A DNA stretch of 37,442 nucleotides. Origin: a virus. Taxonomy: Duplodnaviria; Caudoviricetes. The notes beneath the pieces were generated by a model. It made no database searches and was not told the DNA's origin. It saw nothing but the letters and a program-made list of their open reading frames with translations. Positions 8,495-15,861 of the stretch are shown one piece after another. Position numbers and translations under genes: made by a program. The stretch is taken from positions 1 through 37,442 of IMG/VR virus record IMGVR_UViG_3300005805_000215, one strand, 5' to 3'. Position 1 is the stretch's first letter; every line of letters starts with the position of its first letter.

Positions 8495-8891
8495 GTTCTG
8501 TATCGCGGTGACTTTTTGCTTCACCGTCGTAATGATGGTCGGCATCTCGCTCTACAGCGTGGTTTGGGTGACGCAACCAATGACGGGCATGGCCCCGGCG
8601 GACAAACAGTTCTTCCTAATTTTGTCAGACATGTCCAAGTACATACTTGGCTCACTGGCTACGCTACTAGCAGTTAAAGGTAAAGATGCGTTGCCTCAGT
8701 TCACCCCACCGGGGCTATCCACCAAGGAAGAGCGGGAAGATAAGCCGACGCCACCAGCACCGAAGGCACCTGCACCCACCCAAACACCTGTACGCATGGA
8801 GCCAATCCTAGACTCAACAACCCAACCTGTCGCCACAGGCTACGGCGGCAAACCCGCCCCAGTACAACCACCACACCCGGAGATCAACTGA
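8427..8891 (+). CDS. Two-TM membrane protein with Pro-rich tail, holin candidate
   Basis: Hydrophobic FCIAVTFCFTVVMMVGISLYSVVWV and FFLILSDMSKYILGSLATLLAV segments; located between endolysin and spanins. Confidence 0.7.
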   Translation: MNPLKLISQFLALTQEQHDAVIKFCIAVTFCFTVVMMVGISLYSVVWVTQPMTGMAPADKQFFLILSDMSKYILGSLATLLAVKGKDALPQFTPPGLSTKEEREDKPTPPAPKAPAPTQTPVRMEPILDSTTQPVATGYGGKPAPVQPPHPEIN

Positions 8892-9076
8892 TGTTTATCT
8901 ATCTACGCATGGCTGTTACTGTTTTGCTAAGTGCTTTCTTAGTGTTTCAGATTCACGCTGCCGAAACGAAGAAGGTCTGCAACACTCAGAAGGACAAGAA
9001 GGGTAAGGAAGTGCAGGTTTGTAAAGAGATCACCGTCCATAAGAAATTGGATGGGACCAAGGTGCCGCCCAAATGA
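8891..9076 (+). CDS. Small exported cationic protein with one Cys pair
   Basis: Signal-like N-terminus ending IHA|AE; Lys-rich mature part with two Cys; start and stop overlap both neighbours. Confidence 0.7.
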   Translation: MFIYLRMAVTVLLSAFLVFQIHAAETKKVCNTQKDKKGKEVQVCKEITVHKKLDGTKVPPK

Positions 9077-9543
9077 ACCCGTGGGTAATACTTGGCTTCG
9101 TGTTAGCTGTTGGCGCAGCGGCTGGGGGCGGGTATTATAAAGGCAACTCTGCGGGTCGCGCAGAAGTTCAACAGGCGTGGGATAAAGAGAAGGCGGAGCA
9201 GTACGCCGAGTACGCTAAAGGGCAGGAAGCCGCTAGAGCGCGTGAGCAGGAAATGCAGGCAGCGGCAGACAGGCTGCGGAGGGAAAAGGATGCTGAGATC
9301 AAGAATATTAATGCTCGTGCTACCGCTTTGTCTAACAGCCTGCGCGACCGGCAGGAGCGCCCCGCCGAAAGCGGTGCCGTGTCCGGTGCTTCCAGTACTC
9401 GACCAGCCGCCTGTAGTGGAAAAGAGCTTTACAGAGAGGATGGCGAATTTCTTGTCAGGATCGCTAGAGAAGCCGACGAACTCCGCGCAGCCCTCGACCA
9501 ATGCGTCAAACAATACAACGCCGCAAGACAAACGGTGAAATAA
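9073..9543 (+). CDS. Rz: Inner-membrane spanin (Rz-like)
   Basis: N-terminal TM, long Ala/Glu/Arg helical region, ends ADELRAALDQCVKQY; contains an embedded lipoprotein gene. Confidence 0.85.
   Translation: MNPWVILGFVLAVGAAAGGGYYKGNSAGRAEVQQAWDKEKAEQYAEYAKGQEAARAREQEMQAAADRLRREKDAEIKNINARATALSNSLRDRQERPAESGAVSGASSTRPAACSGKELYREDGEFLVRIAREADELRAALDQCVKQYNAARQTVK
9290..9538 (+). CDS. Rz1: Outer-membrane spanin lipoprotein (Rz1-like), fully embedded in Rz in the +1 frame
   Basis: GGAGG at 9278-9282, ATG 9290, MLRSRILMLVLPLCLTA|CATGRSAPPKAVPCPVLP; lipobox LTAC and Pro-rich mature region. Confidence 0.85.
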   Translation: MLRSRILMLVLPLCLTACATGRSAPPKAVPCPVLPVLDQPPVVEKSFTERMANFLSGSLEKPTNSAQPSTNASNNTTPQDKR

Positions 9544-11853
9544 ATGCCGCTACAGAAACTTCAGTTCCGCCCCGGTGTAAACCGCGAAGGCACGACGCTC
9601 GCCAACGAAGGTGGCTGGTTTGATTGCGACAAAGTGCGCTTTCGCTCTGGGTACCCTGAAAAGATTGGTGGTTGGACAGCGCTATCTTCGATACCGTTTA
9701 TAGGCACATGCCGCTCATTATGGAACTGGGTCACGCTTAAGTTCTTTAACTTAATGGGCGTAGGCACCGAACGTAAGTTTTATGTTGAGTACGGTAGTAT
9801 TTACTACGACATCACGCCCATTCGCAGGTTTGCTACTTTAACTAATCCGTTTTCTACAACCATAAACCTCAACGTAGTGACCGTTACCGACATCGGGCAT
9901 GGTGCTATTACTGGAGACTTTGTGACGTACTCTGGTGCGTCAACTGTTGGTGGGTTGAACCTAAACGGTGAATATGCAATTACTTACATCGACGGTAATA
10001 CCTACACCATAACTGCTTCTTCTAACGCATCCTCAACAGCAACAGGTGGGGGTACGGTTACAGCCGCATATCAGATTAATAATGGTACTAGCGTTGGTAC
10101 ATTCCAAGATGGTTGGGGCGCAGGGTTGTGGGGTGGCATTGTTACCGGCTCTTTCATTACGCAGCTAAATGGTGGCATTAACAACTCGGTTACCACAATC
10201 ACGGTTGGCTCTACTGCTAACTTTTCAGCAAGCGGCATCATACTGATTGACGACGAGCTTATTACGTACACCTCTAAAAACGCGACCCAGTTCTTGGGGT
10301 GCACCCGTGGGGCGCTAGGCACGATAGCAGCATCACATCTCAATGCCGAAATTGTTTACGACGCTGGGGATTACTACGGTTGGGGGCAGTCTGCATCTGG
10401 TAATAACAGCACACAGCTTCGTCTGTGGAGCCAGAGTAATTTTGGTCAAGACTTGTTGTTTAACCCTAGACGAGGCGCGTTGTATTACTGGTCGCCGGGG
10501 CCGGGTAACATGCCTGATGTAGCTACACGCGGTGTATTGATAGGGTCGTTCTCTGGTACGGCAGATACTTCTTCTAATACCACCTTGACGGTGCAGTCAA
10601 TTGTGTCTGGCTCTATTATCATAGGCATGACTGTGTCGGGTACGAATATACCCTTGGGCACAACTATCACAGCATTTGGCACAGGCACGGGCGGTACGGG
10701 CACATACATTATGAGTGCCGCAGCGACAGGCACTACAGCTGGCATTACGCTATTAGGTACATCAGATGTACCTTCAATCATCAATGAAATTCTTGTGTCC
10801 GACTCGTCGCGGATTGTGATTGCGTTTGGCTGTAATGACTATAGCGAGACTGAACAAGACCCCATGTTAATTCGCTGGTCTGCGCAGGAAAGCTATACCG
10901 ACTGGACGCCGACCGCAACAAACCAAGCAGGTAGCTACAGGTTATCTCACGGCTCTTCTATCATAGGAGCCCTACAAACTCGTCAGGAAATTGTTGTTTG
11001 GACTGATGCAGCCATTTACTCCATGCAGTATCTTGGCCCACCGTTCGTATGGGGCTTTACGTTATTGGCAGACAACATTTCTATCGTATCGCAGAACGCG
11101 ATGGCAACTGCGGCGGGTGTTGTGTACTGGATGGGTGTTGATAAGTTCTACGTCTACTCAGGCCGAGTAGAGACGCTGCCATGCGCGGTGCGTACTTATG
11201 TCTATAACAACATCAACCGCGATCAGTTTGCACAGTGCTTTGCTGGTACTAACGAAGGGTTTAGTGAAATCTGGTGGTTCTATTGTTCAGCTGATTCCAA
11301 TGTTATTGACCGGTATGTGATATTTAACTACCTTGACCGAGTGTGGTACTACGGCGAACTTGGGCGTACTGCGTGGTTAGACTCTCCGCTAAGAGACTTC
11401 CCGATGGCTGCGACGCTTGGCAATCAGCTTGTATTCCATGAGCTAGGGATCGACGACGGGACTACTAACCCACCGAGTCCGATAACCTCATATATCCAGT
11501 CATCTGACTTTGATATTGGTGATGGGCATAACTATGGCTTTGTATGGCGCATGTTGCCAGACATCACGTTTGACGGTTCTACCAGCCCCAGCCCGACACG
11601 CCCTGAAGTCACAATGACGATGCGCCCACGGCAGAATCCCGGCTCGCCTTACGGTACAGCGCCGAGCCCGACTGTAGAGTCTACGCAGAACTACGGCACC
11701 ATGCATAACTACACCGTGCAAGAGTTCACTGAGATTGTGTACACACGCGTGCGTGGGCGGCAGATGGCGTTCAAGATTGAGTCAGATACGTTGGGTACGC
11801 AGTGGCAATTGGGTGTGCCAAGACTTGATGTTAGACCTGACGGCAGACGTTAA
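9544..11853 (+). CDS. Tail tubular/nozzle protein (P22 gp10-like DNA stabilisation family) with inserted beta domains
   Basis: 769 aa; DPMLIRWS, NQAGSYRL, EIWWFY, WYYGELGRTAW propeller-like motifs; position upstream of the ejection genes. Confidence 0.7.
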   Translation: MPLQKLQFRPGVNREGTTLANEGGWFDCDKVRFRSGYPEKIGGWTALSSIPFIGTCRSLWNWVTLKFFNLMGVGTERKFYVEYGSIYYDITPIRRFATLTNPFSTTINLNVVTVTDIGHGAITGDFVTYSGASTVGGLNLNGEYAITYIDGNTYTITASSNASSTATGGGTVTAAYQINNGTSVGTFQDGWGAGLWGGIVTGSFITQLNGGINNSVTTITVGSTANFSASGIILIDDELITYTSKNATQFLGCTRGALGTIAASHLNAEIVYDAGDYYGWGQSASGNNSTQLRLWSQSNFGQDLLFNPRRGALYYWSPGPGNMPDVATRGVLIGSFSGTADTSSNTTLTVQSIVSGSIIIGMTVSGTNIPLGTTITAFGTGTGGTGTYIMSAAATGTTAGITLLGTSDVPSIINEILVSDSSRIVIAFGCNDYSETEQDPMLIRWSAQESYTDWTPTATNQAGSYRLSHGSSIIGALQTRQEIVVWTDAAIYSMQYLGPPFVWGFTLLADNISIVSQNAMATAAGVVYWMGVDKFYVYSGRVETLPCAVRTYVYNNINRDQFAQCFAGTNEGFSEIWWFYCSADSNVIDRYVIFNYLDRVWYYGELGRTAWLDSPLRDFPMAATLGNQLVFHELGIDDGTTNPPSPITSYIQSSDFDIGDGHNYGFVWRMLPDITFDGSTSPSPTRPEVTMTMRPRQNPGSPYGTAPSPTVESTQNYGTMHNYTVQEFTEIVYTRVRGRQMAFKIESDTLGTQWQLGVPRLDVRPDGRR

Positions 11854-11856
11854 TTT

Positions 11857-13233
11857 ATGACATCAACACAGATTATTACTACCGAAGCAGTTCAACTTAC
11901 TCGGACAAAAGCACCAGCGTTACCGTTTGCGCCAGTGCAGTATGACCGAGGCTACCATGACACTCTTAACAACATCCTACGTCAGTACTTTAATACGTTG
12001 GATAACTTCATAGGTCTGCTTATGGCTTCAGGTTCACCTATTGGCGTATACGGTGCTGGCACGGGGGCAGATGCTTTTGGTCGGTTGCGAGTATCCAACC
12101 CGTACACACTGTTTGATAGCCAGAATCGTTACGATAAAGATCCACAGTTTGATGAGTCGCTAACTACGGGGGGAACCGCGACATTTGTGACTAATGAGTC
12201 TAGTGTTGACATGGCGGTAACCACAAGTTCGGGGAGTAAGGTAGTTCGCCAGACGTTTCGTTCGTTTCCGTATCAGCCCGGTAAAGGGTTGTTGGTGCTG
12301 GCGACGTTTGTGCTAAATGCTAAAAAAGATAACTTACGGCAGCGTGTGGGGTACTTTAATACCGATAACGGTGTGTTTTTGCAGTTGGCAAATACCGGTG
12401 AGCCAGAGTTTGTTTTGCGTACTAATACGTCAGGTACTCCTAGCGATGCGCGCGCCGTGGCTCAATCTTCGTGGAACGGGGACAAACTCGATGGCACTGG
12501 GGCGTCTGGCATCACGCTTGACCTGACTAAGGCTCAGATTCTGTGGATGGACTTCGAGTGGTTGGGGGTAGGGTCTGTACGCTGTGGGTTCATTATTGAC
12601 GGGCAATACATCATCTGCCACACATTCAATAATGCTAACGATCTTGACAAGGTTTACATGACCACGGCTATTTTGCCGGTACGTTATGAGATTGAAAACA
12701 CCGCAGCTACTGCATCGTCGTCTACGCTGACACAGATTTGTTCCTCGGTAATGTCAGAGGGGGGATATGACCAGCGCGCTATTCCCCGTTGGGCACGGCG
12801 CACGACAACGCTGACCGGGGTGACAACTACTTTTGTGCCGATTGTATCTATCCGGTTAAAGAGCACGTCGCTAGGGGCGGTGGTGTTGCCCTCGGTGTAT
12901 CACGCTATTCCGATTGGATCGACGTTAGATTACGAAGTAGTGCTTATCAAAAACCCAACACTAACAGGCGCTTCTTTTACTAGTTCCTCAACCAACGTGG
13001 AACTGGATGTGGCGGCAACTGCCTTGACCGGCGGCACTATTGTTGATCTGGATTATGTATCTGGCAGTAATCAAGGTAGTGGGGTAGTAAGCACCGGGGA
13101 ATCGTATAACTTTGAGCTACAGCTTGGTTCATCACTTGCCGGGGTGAGTGACATTTTTACAGTAGCGGCTAGAACAATATCAGGCACCGACGACATCATT
13201 GGAGCGATGTCTTACTATGATTTGACAGACTGA
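11857..13233 (+). CDS. Virion structural protein (short tail-anchoring N-terminus plus large beta-rich domain)
   Basis: 458 aa; N-terminal APALPFAPVQY...LRQYFNTLD helix, then DAFGRLRVS...EWLGVGSVRCGF domain. Confidence 0.65.
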   Translation: MTSTQIITTEAVQLTRTKAPALPFAPVQYDRGYHDTLNNILRQYFNTLDNFIGLLMASGSPIGVYGAGTGADAFGRLRVSNPYTLFDSQNRYDKDPQFDESLTTGGTATFVTNESSVDMAVTTSSGSKVVRQTFRSFPYQPGKGLLVLATFVLNAKKDNLRQRVGYFNTDNGVFLQLANTGEPEFVLRTNTSGTPSDARAVAQSSWNGDKLDGTGASGITLDLTKAQILWMDFEWLGVGSVRCGFIIDGQYIICHTFNNANDLDKVYMTTAILPVRYEIENTAATASSSTLTQICSSVMSEGGYDQRAIPRWARRTTTLTGVTTTFVPIVSIRLKSTSLGAVVLPSVYHAIPIGSTLDYEVVLIKNPTLTGASFTSSSTNVELDVAATALTGGTIVDLDYVSGSNQGSGVVSTGESYNFELQLGSSLAGVSDIFTVAARTISGTDDIIGAMSYYDLTD

Positions 13234-13235
13234 AC

Positions 13236-13613
13236 ATGACCCCCCAAGACAGAGCCTTGATTATGTTGTATGAGTCTGTTAAACATAGGCTAACTATTGG
13301 GATCGTTGAGTATATTGAAGCAGTTAGGGGGTGGGACGTTGTACCACTAACTGAGAACGGTGAAGTCATTGGTGGGGTGTTATCAAAAGATAACGAGTTA
13401 CATGTTGGCTATGGTAAAAAACCACGAGCCAGTATCCGTGCAGATATAAAGACCGTGCTGGGCAACGCTATTAATAAGTATGGGCATGTAGTGACCTCGG
13501 TTGCGGCAGAAAATAAAGCGGGGCTGCGCTTTTGTGAGCGGCTTGGGTTTGTCAAATATGGTGTGGAAGGCGATACAATCCGCCTAAGATGTGATAGGAG
13601 TAGCTACTTATGA
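13236..13613 (+). CDS. GNAT-like acyltransferase-fold protein
   Basis: 125 aa; VAAENKAGLRFCERLGF matches the GNAT NxxAxxFxxxLGF motif; position resembles T7 gp13-like genes. Confidence 0.7.
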   Translation: MTPQDRALIMLYESVKHRLTIGIVEYIEAVRGWDVVPLTENGEVIGGVLSKDNELHVGYGKKPRASIRADIKTVLGNAINKYGHVVTSVAAENKAGLRFCERLGFVKYGVEGDTIRLRCDRSSYL

Positions 13614-15451
13614 TTATCCGCAATAAATTCAACGGCTACGGCAGAGACGGTATACGCCTCTATTTTGACCCAGCCACTATTGTAGCTATAGGTTCAGCGG
13701 GCATGACTGCCCCTGCTGTTGCTGCTCCTGTCGTTGCTGGAGCGGGTACTGGACTAGCCGCAGCGGGTACCGCCGCTGCACAGACTGCCGCCCTAGAAGC
13801 TACCAAGCAAGCCGTCATCCAAGAGGGAATGAAGCAAGCGGGACTTGAAGCTACTAAACAGGTTGGTCTGGAAGCCGGTAAACAAGCCGCCGCTGAAGCC
13901 GCTAAACAAGCCGCTGTTGAGACCGGTAAACAAGCAGCGCAACAGGGGATAGCGCAAGGGGCTCAGAATATGACCCTAGAGCAACAGCTTGCGCAAATTC
14001 AAGCAAACCCCACAGATTTGTCTAAGTTTCCACAATTTGAACAATTAGCCGGAAAAACTCAACTTGTAGAAAAAGGTCTAGCGCAAGGCCCTGCTGCTGG
14101 TACGCCGTTTACCCCACCCACTCCTGCTGCGCCTGCTGCGCCTGCTGCGCCTGCTGCGCCTGCTACTACATTACCCCCTGCTGGTACCCTGCCGGGGCTT
14201 CAACCTGCTTATGGCCCTGCGGCTACTCCGACCCCAGCTGCCCCGCCCGTTGCTAATGCACCGCCCCCCGCTAAGATTCCCCCGCTTGGTAGCCAATCAA
14301 GTGCAGTTCCTGAAGCTGTTAGAAGTGCAAGCCCTGCTGATCTTGCTCAACAAAACCAATTATTCCAACAGTCTAGTCGAACCGCCGAACGCTTTGCCGC
14401 TGAAGAAGCTGCTGCAAACATGAGCCCGCTTGAAAAGGGATTTGAGACCGCGCTTAAATTTACCAAAGATAAACCTGAATATGTTGGCATGGGGCTAATG
14501 TCGCTTGGTCAGTACATGAAGCAGCCAGAAGAAAAAGAAAAGGGTAAATACAAGAGCACAGTAGACATGTCAGGCTTTGAACGTGCTGAGCCCTCAACCA
14601 CGTCGTTTACTCCGTCATACGAGCATCTAGGGTATGCAATTGGTGGCCCAGTTGAACAAATGGCGGCAATGAATGCCGTGGGCGCTAATACTGGTTATCC
14701 GATGGCTGGTATCAATACGCCGATGTACAGTAACCCGATGGTGCAACGTCCTGAAGCTGTTAATGTTATTTCACCAAGCGGCGATGCTGGGGTGACTGCT
14801 TATAGTGGGGAACCTAGATTTGCCGAAGGCGGCATCTCGGATGAGATGGCAAGAGAGTATGGGCTTAAGACGCGTAAGCAGCGCGCCACTAAGGGTTTGT
14901 CACAAGCGTATGAAGACATTGAAAAAGAAAGAGCCAGTCAACTTTCTGAAGCTAAGTCATTAAGCGACAGATTTGACAAAGGTATTGTTCCCCGTAGCCG
15001 CACCCAGATGTTAAGCAGTCCATATTCCGCTGCTATAGAAGAACATAACCGTCTGGCTAAGAAAACTAAAACACCACAGTTTCAACAGCCTAAGACTAGT
15101 TTAGGTGACATAGACACTTATATGGATGTACCAGTTGAGTTGGCTGCTAGTGGGGGCATCATGGGTGGTCTCGGCAGTTATTCTGATGGTGGACGTTTAT
15201 TGAGGGGGCCCGGCGATGGAGTATCTGATTCTATCCCTGCTGTTATTGGCAAGCGTCAACCTGCTCGTCTTGCTGATGGTGAGTTTGTAATCCCTGCGCG
15301 TATCGTGTCGGAGCTAGGTAACGGTTCAACTGAAGCTGGCGCAAGAAAACTATACGCGATGATGGAGCGAATTCAGAATACGCGTAAAAAGTCTATTGGA
15401 AAGAAGAAAGTAGCAGTTAATAGCCGTGCCGATAAACACCTGCCTGCGTAA
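13610..15451 (+). CDS. Internal virion / DNA ejection protein
   Basis: 613 aa, Ala/Gln/Pro-rich; C-terminal GPGDGVSDSIPA...LADGEFVIPA domain; located between the tail and the giant gene. Confidence 0.65.
   Translation: MIIRNKFNGYGRDGIRLYFDPATIVAIGSAGMTAPAVAAPVVAGAGTGLAAAGTAAAQTAALEATKQAVIQEGMKQAGLEATKQVGLEAGKQAAAEAAKQAAVETGKQAAQQGIAQGAQNMTLEQQLAQIQANPTDLSKFPQFEQLAGKTQLVEKGLAQGPAAGTPFTPPTPAAPAAPAAPAAPATTLPPAGTLPGLQPAYGPAATPTPAAPPVANAPPPAKIPPLGSQSSAVPEAVRSASPADLAQQNQLFQQSSRTAERFAAEEAAANMSPLEKGFETALKFTKDKPEYVGMGLMSLGQYMKQPEEKEKGKYKSTVDMSGFERAEPSTTSFTPSYEHLGYAIGGPVEQMAAMNAVGANTGYPMAGINTPMYSNPMVQRPEAVNVISPSGDAGVTAYSGEPRFAEGGISDEMAREYGLKTRKQRATKGLSQAYEDIEKERASQLSEAKSLSDRFDKGIVPRSRTQMLSSPYSAAIEEHNRLAKKTKTPQFQQPKTSLGDIDTYMDVPVELAASGGIMGGLGSYSDGGRLLRGPGDGVSDSIPAVIGKRQPARLADGEFVIPARIVSELGNGSTEAGARKLYAMMERIQNTRKKSIGKKKVAVNSRADKHLPA
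14123..14164 (+). repeat. Perfect 9-bp tandem repeat (cctgctgcg), 4 copies plus a partial, encoding PAA
   Basis: Read directly from the sequence. Confidence 0.95.
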
Positions 15452-15453
15452 GT

Positions 15454-15861
15454 ATGCCGTTATATCAAATACACCCTAACGAACTACCACAAGTCTGGCC
15501 CATAGCGGCTCCGTTATTGCAACGTGCAATTGATCTTGATCCAGATTTAAACAAGATTGAATTGCTTGAATACGCTATCCGTACTGGGCGTACTTATTTA
15601 GTAGTGTGGGATGAGCCGGGTGAAGGTATTACAGGTGCAGCAGCAATAGATATTCTTGATTACCCGACGCAGCGTGTTGCGCACGGTAATTTAATGGGAG
15701 GCAAAGGCATTGTGCGCCCCCACGTTATTGAAGAGTTGTACAACTGGATGAGGTCTCATGGCGCTACAGTCGCGCAAATATGGGCTAAAGGATCAATAGT
15801 TCGGATGTACGAAAAGGTTGGGCTAGAAGTAACCCATCAGGTAATGAGGATAAAATTATGA
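15454..15861 (+). CDS. Divergent GNAT-like protein
   Basis: 135 aa; pattern YLVVWD...ITGAAAI...MGGKG...EELYNWMRSHGA...RMYEKVGL is consistent with an acyl-CoA N-acyltransferase fold. Confidence 0.6.
   Translation: MPLYQIHPNELPQVWPIAAPLLQRAIDLDPDLNKIELLEYAIRTGRTYLVVWDEPGEGITGAAAIDILDYPTQRVAHGNLMGGKGIVRPHVIEELYNWMRSHGATVAQIWAKGSIVRMYEKVGLEVTHQVMRIKL

Noticed and set aside
9110-9289. N-terminal 60 codons of the track's 142-aa ORF
   Set aside because: The signal peptide and SD indicate a start at 9290.
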